DNA of 64,000 nucleotides from a virus (Duplodnaviria; Caudoviricetes): IMG/VR virus record IMGVR_UViG_2940244548_000002, positions 1 to 64,000 of that record; one strand, 5' to 3'. Shown piece by piece: positions 19,674 to 29,145 of this stretch (position 1 is its first letter; each line of letters starts with the position of its first letter). The notes under the pieces were generated by a model. It saw only the letters and a program-made list of their open reading frames with translations, ran no database searches and was not told where the DNA came from. The position numbers and the translations under genes were made by a program.

Positions 19674-19715
19674 ACTATCTTTGTAACGAATTGCAAATTA
19701 AAAACATATACGATT

Positions 19716-19940
19716 ATGACAGAAATTGTATTAAACGAAAAACAAAAGGCTGTTTTACAGAAACATTTAGATGGTACTTACAGCCCATTCTTTTCCAGTG
19801 AGGAGGAGCAAATATCCTTTAATGAGGTTATTGATATGGCTGAGGCTCTTATGTTTGAGCTTGATGCTGTAGAGGAATCTGGAGAGGATCTTATGAGATG
19901 GTTCTGGGATAAATACCAGGAACAGGAGAGCGGAAAATAA
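19716..19940 (+). CDS. Small acidic protein
   Basis: 74 aa, Glu/Asp-rich, directly after the HExxH gene. Confidence 0.7.
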   Translation: MTEIVLNEKQKAVLQKHLDGTYSPFFSSEEEQISFNEVIDMAEALMFELDAVEESGEDLMRWFWDKYQEQESGK

Positions 19941-19994
19941 AACTAACAGGAAATCAGGTAGAAAAGCTCTATCTGATTTTCTTTGCTTTCGATG

Positions 19995-20011
19995 TGTGTT
20001 TGACAAACACA
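19995..20011. promoter_or_regulatory. Perfect palindrome TGTGTTTG-A-CAAACACA upstream of terS
   Basis: Same motif as 17496, 28744, 32841 and 51428. Confidence 0.75.
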
Positions 20012-20036
20012 GTTGAAAACAACGAACAAACAACGG

Positions 20037-20495
20037 ATGGCACTATTTGAGAAAGGAAATACAGTCGGTAACAGGTTTACCTCCGAGAACCAGCCAAAGA
20101 AAAATGGCAGGAAGCCCTCACTGTATAAACAACTCAAAAGTATTACAGGAAAGAAAGTCGATTATGAGCTGAGCAAAGAGGATTATTTCAAAACGATCCG
20201 CTTTCTGATGGAGAGGACAAAAGACGAACTCAACTCTATTATGAAAGATGAGCAAACTCCTATCTGGGTGTGCAATATAATCAGTGCTATTTTCTCTGAT
20301 ATACGTTATGGGCGTACATCAACCGTTGAAATGATCTTTGATAGATTGTTTGGCAAATCCACTCAACCTATAGAGGGTGATGTGAATGCTAATGTTTCTG
20401 GATCCGTTGGTATGGTGGATCTCTCCAAACTTACCACAGAGGAGCTGGTACAATACAACCAACTGCTGGATAAAATCAATGGCAAAAAAGTTTAA
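20037..20495 (+). CDS. Terminase small subunit (putative)
   Basis: MALFEKGN...NQPKKNGRK N-terminus; DRLFGK; directly upstream of terL. Confidence 0.75.
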   Translation: MALFEKGNTVGNRFTSENQPKKNGRKPSLYKQLKSITGKKVDYELSKEDYFKTIRFLMERTKDELNSIMKDEQTPIWVCNIISAIFSDIRYGRTSTVEMIFDRLFGKSTQPIEGDVNANVSGSVGMVDLSKLTTEELVQYNQLLDKINGKKV

Positions 20496-21915
20496 GGATA
20501 TAGAGATCTCTATAGCCCTTGCAGTCAAAATAGAGCTGTTCAAAAGGGGTTGCTTTGATTTTATCACCTGTAAGGATGGTAAGAAGCATGAAAAGCAGGA
20601 TGAGGCTTTGAAGATCCTAACCGATTCAGAGCACACTGAATTTCTGTATGGTGGAGCTGCTGGAGGAGCAAAGTCCTGGACAGGTGCTGCCTGGTTATTG
20701 TTTATGTGTTTGGCATTCCCAGGCACTAAGTGGTTTATAGGGCGTGCTGAATTGAAGCGTATAACTCAGTCCACACTTATCACATTCTACAAAGTTTGCT
20801 CTACCTATGGAGTGAGCGATGAGCTGTATAAGTACAATGGGCAATACAATTACATTGAGCTATTCAACGGCTCCAGGATTGACCTGCTGGATTTGCAATA
20901 TAAACCTGGTGATCCTCTCTATGAACGCTATGGATCTATTGAGTACACAGGAGGCTGGATCGAGGAGGGCGGTGAGGTAAACTTTGGAGCCTATGATACT
21001 CTTAAAACTCGTATAGGTAGGCACTTGAACGCTGAGCTGGGGTTAAGACGTAAACTATTCATCACCTGTAACCCTAAAAAGAACTGGATGTATGAGACAT
21101 TCTACAAGCCAGCGAAAAAGGGAGATTTGCCCGAATACATGAGTTATTTGGCGTGTTTGGTACAGGAGAATCCATTTATAGATCCTGACTACATAGAGGG
21201 GCTAAAAACCACCAAGGATAAGGTAAAAAGAGAACGCCTCCTAAAAGGTAACTGGGAGTATGATGATAATCCTAATGCTTTATGTTCCCACGATGCTATT
21301 ACGGCTATTTTCGGCAACCTCCTGGCAATAGTAACAGGAAACTACTACCTAACAGCGGATATAGCTCGTTTCGGTTCAGATTACGCTCGTGTTTGTGTTT
21401 GGAATGGGTATAAGATTGTGGATCTGAAATGCTTTCCGATAAGTAAGACTACAGAGATACAGACTTGTATCATGCACTTTCAGAAAAAATACAGGATCCC
21501 CAAATGTAAATGTATTGCTGATGAGGATGGTGTTGGTGGTGGTGTGGTTGATAATTGCGACATACAGGGGTTTGTCAATAACAGTAGGGCTTTCAATAAT
21601 GAGAACTACCAGAATTTACAGGCTCAATGTGCATACAAGCTGGCTGAACATATTAACGCCTCTGAGGTGGGTGTAGATCCTGAGCTGGTAAGCACCACGG
21701 ACATTGAGCAGATAACAATAGAGCTGGAGCAACTGCAAACGTGGGATGTTGATAGTGATGGAAAGCTAAAGATTAAGCCCAAAGAGGAGATAAAGCAGGA
21801 AATAGGTTGCTCCCCTGACTGGAGAGATGTATTCCTGATGAGATGCTGGTTTGATTACAACGAAATAGATATACCTGATGATATTGAAAATAGATTATCT
21901 GGATTAATGAGTTAA
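20479..21915 (+). CDS. terL: Terminase large subunit
   Basis: YGGAAGGAKS Walker A, WIEEG Walker B, TCNP, ADIARFGSD and SPDWRD nuclease motifs. Confidence 0.95.
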   Translation: MAKKFKDIEISIALAVKIELFKRGCFDFITCKDGKKHEKQDEALKILTDSEHTEFLYGGAAGGAKSWTGAAWLLFMCLAFPGTKWFIGRAELKRITQSTLITFYKVCSTYGVSDELYKYNGQYNYIELFNGSRIDLLDLQYKPGDPLYERYGSIEYTGGWIEEGGEVNFGAYDTLKTRIGRHLNAELGLRRKLFITCNPKKNWMYETFYKPAKKGDLPEYMSYLACLVQENPFIDPDYIEGLKTTKDKVKRERLLKGNWEYDDNPNALCSHDAITAIFGNLLAIVTGNYYLTADIARFGSDYARVCVWNGYKIVDLKCFPISKTTEIQTCIMHFQKKYRIPKCKCIADEDGVGGGVVDNCDIQGFVNNSRAFNNENYQNLQAQCAYKLAEHINASEVGVDPELVSTTDIEQITIELEQLQTWDVDSDGKLKIKPKEEIKQEIGCSPDWRDVFLMRCWFDYNEIDIPDDIENRLSGLMS

Positions 21916-21926
21916 AATTTATAGCA

Positions 21927-23351
21927 ATGGGATTATTTAACGTACTAACAAATGAGGTCAAAGCTGCTGTAGGTTATCAGCAGAACTTTGAGGAGCTTCT
22001 GGCATCTAAGGATGTAGCCAGGGCGTTAAATTTCATGCAAGATCATTCTGTATTTGCTGCCCAGGCACTCCTGGAGTACAATGTAGAAAGCCATGAAATT
22101 ATGAAAAGGCAGGATAAGCCGATCTATGACAAAAAGGGGAACTTTCTAAGGTTTCAAAAGCGGTGGAAAATTCCGATCCCTTATCAAACATTCATCAATG
22201 AGATAGCCCTGGTGTTCCTATATGGCAGACCTGTTAAGTGGCTACAGGAAAGCGATGGTACCGATGAGGCATTTGAAAGCTACAAGAACCTACTGAAAGA
22301 GATCCGTTTTGATGCTCATGTAAGAGAGGCAAAGCGTGTGGCTGGTTCTGAGGGTACAGCTGCTATCCTTTTTCACACATTTAGGGATGAGGAGGGAAAA
22401 CCTAATCTGCTGCTCAATGTGCTTTCAAAGAAAAATGATGATGAGATCTTTACTATCAAGGATCAGTACAAGCGTTTGAAAGCGTTTGCCTGGGGGTACT
22501 CTCTCAAAGAATCGGGATCTAAGACGGTGTACCACCTGGATATTTACACAGCCGATACTATCTACAGGTGTAAGCGTGCCAGTATGGGCTGGGAGGTTAT
22601 TGTTATGCAGAATGTTGTAGGTAAGATCCCTGTTATCCTATTTGAGCAGGAACTGGAGCATAATGGAGTACAGCCGATGATTCACCGTATGGAATCAATG
22701 GGATCCACCGATGCAGATGTGAATGATCGTTTTGCTAACCCTGCTATGGTTGCAACTGCTGAGATTCTTAATAGCCTACCCAAAGCTGAGGAGGAGGCAA
22801 AGCTGTACATCCTTAAAAATGGTGGTGAGGTTAGATACCTTACCTGGGATGATGCTTCTGAGAGCAAAAAGAATGAGTATGAACGCCTGGATAAGCACAT
22901 TCTCTCTAAATCGTTTACTCCTGATGTGGACTTTAACAACATGAAAGGATTGAGCGATGTATCAGCCAAAGCTCTCAAACAAATGATGATGCTGGCAGTG
23001 ATCAAAGCCGATAAGAGGAAAGAAACCCACGATGGTTACATGAACCGTGTGGCTAACCTCACTCTGGCTATACTTGGTAATGTGCTGGACTACACTAATA
23101 GATCCAAATATGAGGCTCTTAAAATCGGGCATGAGTTCCAGGAGCCATTTGGTGAGGATGTTAGTGCCGTACTCAATGACTTGCTTAAACAGTTCGGATC
23201 TGGTGCCCTCTCTCTACAAACAACATTAGAGATGAGTTACCTGGTGAAGAATGCTAAGATAGAGCTTGACCGAATCAAAGAGGAACAGGCTGAGGCAATG
23301 GAGAGACAAAAGGAGTTAAACAAAATGGACGTATTTGGGGAGGCTGAATAA
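21927..23351 (+). CDS. Portal protein (SPP1 Gp6-like)
   Basis: Follows terL; FLYGRPV, GKIPVILF, SAKALK motifs; 474 aa. Confidence 0.88.
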   Translation: MGLFNVLTNEVKAAVGYQQNFEELLASKDVARALNFMQDHSVFAAQALLEYNVESHEIMKRQDKPIYDKKGNFLRFQKRWKIPIPYQTFINEIALVFLYGRPVKWLQESDGTDEAFESYKNLLKEIRFDAHVREAKRVAGSEGTAAILFHTFRDEEGKPNLLLNVLSKKNDDEIFTIKDQYKRLKAFAWGYSLKESGSKTVYHLDIYTADTIYRCKRASMGWEVIVMQNVVGKIPVILFEQELEHNGVQPMIHRMESMGSTDADVNDRFANPAMVATAEILNSLPKAEEEAKLYILKNGGEVRYLTWDDASESKKNEYERLDKHILSKSFTPDVDFNNMKGLSDVSAKALKQMMMLAVIKADKRKETHDGYMNRVANLTLAILGNVLDYTNRSKYEALKIGHEFQEPFGEDVSAVLNDLLKQFGSGALSLQTTLEMSYLVKNAKIELDRIKEEQAEAMERQKELNKMDVFGEAE

Positions 23352-23638
23352 TGGGAACAATAATTATTACTTTAATAGCCGTGGTAGTCGCTGGGTGGTG
23401 TTTCTATACTCTCTCAGAGCATGAGGTAGAATCAGGGTATGTAGTGGACAAAGAGCACCTGCCAGAAAGCACAGAAATGGTGTATGATACAACTTTCAAT
23501 TTAGATACTCCACAAACTACACCCGAATGTTTTGTTATCTGGGTGGCTGATCGTAATGGTGTGGAGGAGATCTATGTGAGTGAGGATGAGTTCAACGAAA
23601 TAAAGGAGGGGCAGAAATGGCAAAGAAACAGCTTGTGA
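23351..23638 (+). CDS. Small membrane-anchored hypothetical protein
   Basis: N-terminal TM segment; G.VVDK...VSEDEFNEIKEG. Confidence 0.65.
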   Translation: MGTIIITLIAVVVAGWCFYTLSEHEVESGYVVDKEHLPESTEMVYDTTFNLDTPQTTPECFVIWVADRNGVEEIYVSEDEFNEIKEGQKWQRNSL

Positions 23639-23787
23639 ATGAGGTTAAGGTAAAGTGCGTGGACTGCATTTTTTGTCCTGGTGAGCCTGTCAATCACTTG
23701 GTAGATTGTACCAATAAGAATGCTAATCCAGGAGGGCACAAAAAGGGATGCTGGGCACACGTTTGCCGACACTTTAAAAACAAATAG
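23617..23787 (+). CDS. Small Cys-rich protein (56 aa, not in ORF track)
   Basis: MAKKQLVNEVKVKCVDCIFC...C...C...CRHFKNK fills the gap before MuF. Confidence 0.6.
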   Translation: MAKKQLVNEVKVKCVDCIFCPGEPVNHLVDCTNKNANPGGHKKGCWAHVCRHFKNK

Positions 23788-23790
23788 TGA

Positions 23791-26265
23791 ATGGCTCAAT
23801 ACATCAACTCTAAAAAGCTCCAAAGGGAGTTATTTAAGCGTACAGAGGGTTATGCTGTAAATGTGCGTAATCTCTACAGGAATGCTATGGATCAGCTTAT
23901 AGACCTGGTAAAGGGTACTGAGCTGGAGGATGGCAAACCTTTCTCATTTTCTGAATATGGCTATGGGGAGGAGGCTACTGCTGTTTTCCGCTCTCTGTAT
24001 AGCCAGGTTTACCAGGAGATCAGAGGGGATGTAGAGAAAGAGTGGATGTTATCCAATGATAATAATGATGAGCTTGTAAAAAGTGTGTTTGGCAAACACT
24101 CTATTCAGGATAATCATTTTGCTCGTTTGTTCAATCGGAATAAGGAGGCTATGGATGCTTTCTTTGCCCGAAAAACAGGAGACGGCTTAAACCTCTCTCA
24201 AAAAGTATGGAAGTACACAGGGCAGTACAGAGAGGAACTTGAAAACTGCTTGGATCTGGCTATCGGTGAGGGTATCGGTGCTAATCAGCTGGCAACAAAG
24301 ATAAAGGAATACCTACAAGATCCAGATAAGTTTTACAGGCGGTTTAGAGTAAAGACTGGAGAGGACGAAAATGGTAACTCAATCTATGGCAGGGTATGGA
24401 AACGCAGGGTATATGACAATGAAACCCAAAGCTATAAATGGATAGATGACAACCCTAAGAAATACCACCCTGGGCGTGGAGTTTACCGATCCTCTTACAG
24501 GAATGCTCAGCGTTTAGCACGTACTGAGACAAACATAGCCTATAGAACAGCTGATTTTGAACGCTGGCAGCAGCTTGATTTTGTTGTAGGAATTGAAATA
24601 AAGCTCTCCAACAATCACCCACACTCGGATATTTGTGATGATCTCCAGGGGATCTATCCCAAAACATTCAAGTGGAGAGGCTGGCACCCTAACTGTAGAT
24701 GCTATCAGGTGCCTGTTCTGGCTACAGAGGCTGAGATAGATGATATGCTGGATAAAATTCTCTCTGAGGATAACGTGGATCCTATGGATAGCTCTCAGGC
24801 AGTACAGGAGTACCCCGATGAGTTCAAAGAGTGGGTTAAAACGAATGAGGAGCGGATGGAGAAAGCTGAGGCAAAGGGAACACTCCCCTACTTTGTGAAA
24901 GATAACAAGGCAGGAATAGAGGATATTCTAAAGCCCATATCACCCGAACAAAAACATCACCAGGATTTAGTTGGTAAATATGGAGAGGAGAGCGTACAAC
25001 AGCTCTATGATGCTTTTGGAGCTTTCAAAGATAAGATCTCTACTGGTGATCTGGAGTATCAAATCAAAAAGCTAAAATTTGAGGCTAACTGGGTTGCTGA
25101 TAAAAACAAGTTTCCAACATCTCCAGAGATGGTTAAGATGCTGGAGAAAGAACTGGCTACTGTACAGGCTAAGTATGACACACAACTGGTAGTAGAGGCA
25201 GCTCAGCCTATTCTCGGATATAAGAGCAAAAGCAAGCCGTTAAACAGCCTGTTAGAGCAGCTGAATGATGCTATTGCAAGTGGTGGATCCACAAAAGAGA
25301 TACAGGATCTCACAGCTCAGGCGACTGCAAAAATAAAGGATATAGAAAAGGCTCGCCTGAATAAGATTATAAAGAGCGGATCAGATGGCTCTATTATAGA
25401 TCTATATGCCACAGCTGGGGAGAAACTGGAGATTGCACGGCTACAGGATCAGTATGATAAGGCACTGGCTCAATATGGTAGCCAGTGGAATTATACCGTT
25501 AATCAGAACTATCAGGAGCTGGCTAATTATAAGAAAGAGCTGGGGCAAAAATACATGAGCAAACAGGGTGCCCTGGTTAAGCTAAATGGAGAGACCTCAG
25601 AGGCTGCTGCTAAAGCTCTGGAGGAGTATCTGAATGCACCAGAGAACAAAACGGCAAACACTCCTATAGGTGGTAGATTTCAGAACTCAACACGCTGTGA
25701 TGATATTGATAAGAAACGGATAAAAGAGTACAGCAAAGTAACTGGTATTAGTGAGGATGAGCTGGGGCTGATAACCAGATATACATACGGATCCAAATGG
25801 TGTAATCAGTACGGCTATGGTATTGTAGATCCTTATTTCGGCAAAGTCCAGGATTATGATGGGTTGTGTCAGAAATACTATCCTGCTGCTAACTCTGTAC
25901 TGGAGAAATTGCCCAGATTCCAGGGTACCACTTTCTCAGGGATCAATATGAGTGCTATGGAGCTGGATAAATACATCATATCCATGAAAGAATGCCTCGA
26001 TACAGGTAAGCCATTTGTAAATAACGCCTTTCTATCAACCACAACCAACATAGACAAAACAACCATATTTGGCAGCAATATACAGCTTGTGATAAAGGGT
26101 AAACATGGTGTAGATGTTAAGCCTATTACACACCACTACTACAAGAGTGAGGATGAGGTTTTGTTTCGGGCTGGCACTAACTTCAAGGTGGTAGCTGTAA
26201 AGCAAGAAACAGCCCGAAAATATGGCTTTGGCAAAGGCTGGGTAATTGAGCTGGAGGAGATCTAA
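23791..26265 (+). CDS. MuF/SPP1 gp7 minor head protein with C-terminal ADP-ribosyltransferase-like domain
   Basis: RLARTETNIAY, CD..., WHPNCRC MuF motifs; C-terminal LITRYT..N, FLSTT, EDEVLF..GTNFKV. Confidence 0.88.
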   Translation: MAQYINSKKLQRELFKRTEGYAVNVRNLYRNAMDQLIDLVKGTELEDGKPFSFSEYGYGEEATAVFRSLYSQVYQEIRGDVEKEWMLSNDNNDELVKSVFGKHSIQDNHFARLFNRNKEAMDAFFARKTGDGLNLSQKVWKYTGQYREELENCLDLAIGEGIGANQLATKIKEYLQDPDKFYRRFRVKTGEDENGNSIYGRVWKRRVYDNETQSYKWIDDNPKKYHPGRGVYRSSYRNAQRLARTETNIAYRTADFERWQQLDFVVGIEIKLSNNHPHSDICDDLQGIYPKTFKWRGWHPNCRCYQVPVLATEAEIDDMLDKILSEDNVDPMDSSQAVQEYPDEFKEWVKTNEERMEKAEAKGTLPYFVKDNKAGIEDILKPISPEQKHHQDLVGKYGEESVQQLYDAFGAFKDKISTGDLEYQIKKLKFEANWVADKNKFPTSPEMVKMLEKELATVQAKYDTQLVVEAAQPILGYKSKSKPLNSLLEQLNDAIASGGSTKEIQDLTAQATAKIKDIEKARLNKIIKSGSDGSIIDLYATAGEKLEIARLQDQYDKALAQYGSQWNYTVNQNYQELANYKKELGQKYMSKQGALVKLNGETSEAAAKALEEYLNAPENKTANTPIGGRFQNSTRCDDIDKKRIKEYSKVTGISEDELGLITRYTYGSKWCNQYGYGIVDPYFGKVQDYDGLCQKYYPAANSVLEKLPRFQGTTFSGINMSAMELDKYIISMKECLDTGKPFVNNAFLSTTTNIDKTTIFGSNIQLVIKGKHGVDVKPITHHYYKSEDEVLFRAGTNFKVVAVKQETARKYGFGKGWVIELEEI

Positions 26266-26281
26266 GGGATTATTGAGAGTA

Positions 26282-26866
26282 TTATTCCCATATATTTTTT
26301 TCAAAAGTGATTAAGATGGAATTTGAACTCTTTGAATATTTCCCATCAATATCAAATTTCATAGTCGGCTCATTGATAACCCACCAGCACTCATAGATGA
26401 ACGTATCCACATCATTCTTGATAACATAATCCCAAAACTCGTTTCTATCTTGGAAGTCTATTTGTCCTGCTGTTTTGCTGTTGTATTTTGCTCTGTATGT
26501 TTGATACATATTTGCTGAGCTGATTTTGTCCATTTCCTTTTTGTATAGCTCTATTCCATCGGAATACCCATTGCCATACAACCCATAAAGTTCAATTTTT
26601 GATACTGTGCCGTTCTCATTGCCATAGAATGTAACAAGATAAGATACATCCTTGGTGTTTAAGCGATATTTGAGCGTTGTTTTCCCCAGAGTGTTGCTCT
26701 CATTTTCAAGCTCTCCAGCAGTGAATGATGATTTAATATGATCAGGTGTAGCATCCATCATGTTGATAAAATCATTGACATTAAAAACCGATATGGTACC
26801 TAACTCATCATTACTACATCCTGTTATCAATGCTGCCAGGCAAAGCATTAAAATTACTTTCTTCAT
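26282..26866 (-). CDS. Lipoprotein (moron)
   Basis: MKKVILMLCLAALITG-C lipobox; own TATCTTTG box at ~26891-26898 (minus strand). Confidence 0.8.
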   Translation of the reverse strand: MKKVILMLCLAALITGCSNDELGTISVFNVNDFINMMDATPDHIKSSFTAGELENESNTLGKTTLKYRLNTKDVSYLVTFYGNENGTVSKIELYGLYGNGYSDGIELYKKEMDKISSANMYQTYRAKYNSKTAGQIDFQDRNEFWDYVIKNDVDTFIYECWWVINEPTMKFDIDGKYSKSSNSILITFEKNIWE

Positions 26867-26905
26867 AACATTATTTTTGAGATTGAACCACAAAGATAGT
26901 GCTTT

Positions 26906-26934
26906 AAAAGAAAAAAGAGGCTGTTATGCCTCTC
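26906..26934 (-). terminator. Intrinsic terminator (minus strand)
   Basis: AGAGGC-ATAACA-GCCTCT stem followed by a T run on the minus strand. Confidence 0.6.
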
Positions 26935-27244
26935 TCTTTCCTGTCTCAAATGATTTCTCCCAGTCCGTTTTGTCTCCCTCTGGATTCGGTGATTTACCTG
27001 GTAAATACTCTTTCAGCAGATTCTCTTTCCAGTGTTTGTATGATTCAGAAAGGGATTCCCCTGTCTCTGATCTATCCAAAAAAGCATAGTGAAACTCTTT
27101 CTCATACTCCCATAGAGAGGCTGCCAGAGGTCGTTTTACATCGTTCTGATAGGGGTTGCTTTTCTCTCCATTATACCATTTGTAGTTTGAGTAGTCCTCT
27201 GTAATGCCAGAAAAAAACTCCTCTTTGTTCCATTCTTTTCCCAT
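26924..27244 (-). CDS. Hypothetical protein co-transcribed with the ARH gene
   Basis: Starts 2 nt after the ARH stop; WYNGEKSNPY...LWEYEKEF. Confidence 0.75.
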   Translation of the reverse strand: MGKEWNKEEFFSGITEDYSNYKWYNGEKSNPYQNDVKRPLAASLWEYEKEFHYAFLDRSETGESLSESYKHWKENLLKEYLPGKSPNPEGDKTDWEKSFETGKREA

Positions 27245-27246
27245 GA

Positions 27247-28041
27247 TTATAGTTTTAATAAGCGATCTCCGTAAATTGGATTCTCTTTAATAAATTGAGT
27301 AAATATCATAAACATATCATCTGGCAATTTGTCAATAGCAAGTACCGCTATATGATCGGGTATTTTATAGTATGATTCGGCAATGGATCCAGCAATGGCA
27401 GCAATAGTATCACTGTCTCCACCGATTGAAACAGCCAGCCTGATAGTTTCCTCAAAATCGTTTGCCTCCAAAAAGCAGCTGATAGCCTGGGGAACTGTTA
27501 CATGGCACGTTTCATTAAAAGTGTTGTGCATCCTAATACTATTCACTGAGTTCACATGGTACCCATATCCGCTGATATATTGCTCTATGCCTCCTTTGTC
27601 GATCTCTCCAGTTCTTAGCTTGAATATCAAAGCAGCTACACATTGAGCACCGAATATACCTCCCATGTGATCATGGCTCGGTATGGCTGAAAGCTGAGCC
27701 TGTGAGAGAACTTTCTGGTGGCTATCAAATAACCACCCTACAGGGCTTACTCTCATTGCTGATCCGTTTCCATAGCTGTTGTAAGGTTGTGGATCATCGG
27801 ACTGGATCCAGCGTGCAAATGAACCTCCATAGGCTCCTTTGGGGTTCGGGTACTTTCTGCACCATTCCAGGAGGCTATTCTTATACTTTTTCCCATTGAG
27901 GATAGCATCCGCTATAGCTATTGTACAGATAGTATCGTCTGTATATGTGCTTTCCTCTGTGAACAGATCAAAGTCTGTCCTGTTCGTATTGTTGAACTCG
28001 AAACGAGATCCTATTATATCTCCTATGATTGCTCCTAACAT
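27247..28041 (-). CDS. ADP-ribosylglycohydrolase (DraG/ARH family)
   Basis: GAIIGDIIGS, YTDDT, SYGNGSAMR, GGDSDTIAAIAG motifs. Confidence 0.95.
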   Translation of the reverse strand: MLGAIIGDIIGSRFEFNNTNRTDFDLFTEESTYTDDTICTIAIADAILNGKKYKNSLLEWCRKYPNPKGAYGGSFARWIQSDDPQPYNSYGNGSAMRVSPVGWLFDSHQKVLSQAQLSAIPSHDHMGGIFGAQCVAALIFKLRTGEIDKGGIEQYISGYGYHVNSVNSIRMHNTFNETCHVTVPQAISCFLEANDFEETIRLAVSIGGDSDTIAAIAGSIAESYYKIPDHIAVLAIDKLPDDMFMIFTQFIKENPIYGDRLLKL

Positions 28042-28490
28042 AATTTTACCTCCAATTCTTTCCTTGTGATTGCAAAATATAAGTTTTGTAACTGATGGGC
28101 ATACTCTATTGTGTGTATCAGTCCATTGAGCATATAATAAAATGGCTCTTTAATATTATTTTCTACAGCTACAGGAGTTTTGTTAGTAAATATTATCAGG
28201 TTTCCCTGCTTGCTATAATCCTTTACAAAGCATTGTTTGGCAAAGCGATCTCTTTCAAAACCACACTTCAAAAGCAGTTCATTGGTCAGGGGGATAGGGC
28301 TAAGCCATTCTACTCCTCGCTTATCCTCTCCAAGTATTACTATCCCAGGCAAAATGCCAGTTACTTGAACGATTGATAGAGATACATTCCTCATTCCTAT
28401 TACCCCATTCTCGTAATCTATATATTCTTTCCCATCCAAATTCGGGCGGTAGATATAATTACCTATTCTCAACTCGCTTGCTTGTATCAT
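28035..28490 (-). CDS. Hypothetical phage protein
   Basis: ELRIGN...PIPLT.ELL.KCGF...HQLQNLYFAITRKEL pattern. Confidence 0.75.
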   Translation of the reverse strand: MIQASELRIGNYIYRPNLDGKEYIDYENGVIGMRNVSLSIVQVTGILPGIVILGEDKRGVEWLSPIPLTNELLLKCGFERDRFAKQCFVKDYSKQGNLIIFTNKTPVAVENNIKEPFYYMLNGLIHTIEYAHQLQNLYFAITRKELEVKLC

Positions 28491-28738
28491 AATTCCTCCT
28501 TTCTTAATTTTCCTCTTTCGGTTTGTTTCCTCCTGAGTGCTCCCAGGCGAATAGTGCAAAGCCGATTGGAATACTCTCCAGCCTCCAGATCTACATTCCA
28601 GAGGCTTTCTTTCTTAATGCCTACAACATCCTCAGGCAGGATCTCATATATTGCAGTCTTAGAACCGAAATAGTAATGTTTCTCTCCCTGATATGCTTTC
28701 TTTAGCTCTACATGAACTACTTTAAATTTTTGTTTCAT
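28487..28738 (-). CDS. Small basic protein, candidate regulator
   Basis: MKQKFKVVHVEL...HYYFGSKTAIY; first gene after a promoter overlapped by the 17-bp palindrome. Confidence 0.7.
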   Translation of the reverse strand: MKQKFKVVHVELKKAYQGEKHYYFGSKTAIYEILPEDVVGIKKESLWNVDLEAGEYSNRLCTIRLGALRRKQTERGKLRKEEL

Positions 28739-28743
28739 AAAAG

Positions 28744-28766
28744 TGTGTTTATCAAACGCAAAGATA
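28744..28766 (-). promoter_or_regulatory. Leftward promoter (TATCTTTG) with 17-bp palindrome over the start site
   Basis: TGTGTTTATCAAACGCA at 28744-28760 overlaps CAAAGATA at 28759-28766. Confidence 0.65.
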
Positions 28767-28776
28767 GTGTATTCTA

Positions 28777-29145
28777 TTACATAGAACAAACATTTACATC
28801 ATAAATAATAGGCTCCCCACAAAACGAGCATTCACAAATCTGTAATAATTGATTTCTCGAAAAGCTCCAAGAACGTACCATATCAACATCATCATTTTTT
28901 AATGGAGAATAAAGCTCCTCAAATTTAGGCTCTATGGATCCTCTTATGTCGAAAAGTCTATTATGTATTTTTGTAGCAATATGATCCTTATCTTGATGAA
29001 TATAAGGCTTAGCATCTGGATAGATGGATTTTAAGAATAGATGAAATTTATAACACCCTCCTCTCATAAATATGTGTTCTATGTACACATCGGAATCCCT
29101 TAAAGTAGTAATTATATGCTCTATTTGATTTATCATTTCATTCAT
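28777..29145 (-). CDS. Hypothetical protein with C-terminal CxxC
   Basis: GGCYKFH..LK, CECSFC. Confidence 0.65.
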   Translation of the reverse strand: MNEMINQIEHIITTLRDSDVYIEHIFMRGGCYKFHLFLKSIYPDAKPYIHQDKDHIATKIHNRLFDIRGSIEPKFEELYSPLKNDDVDMVRSWSFSRNQLLQICECSFCGEPIIYDVNVCSM

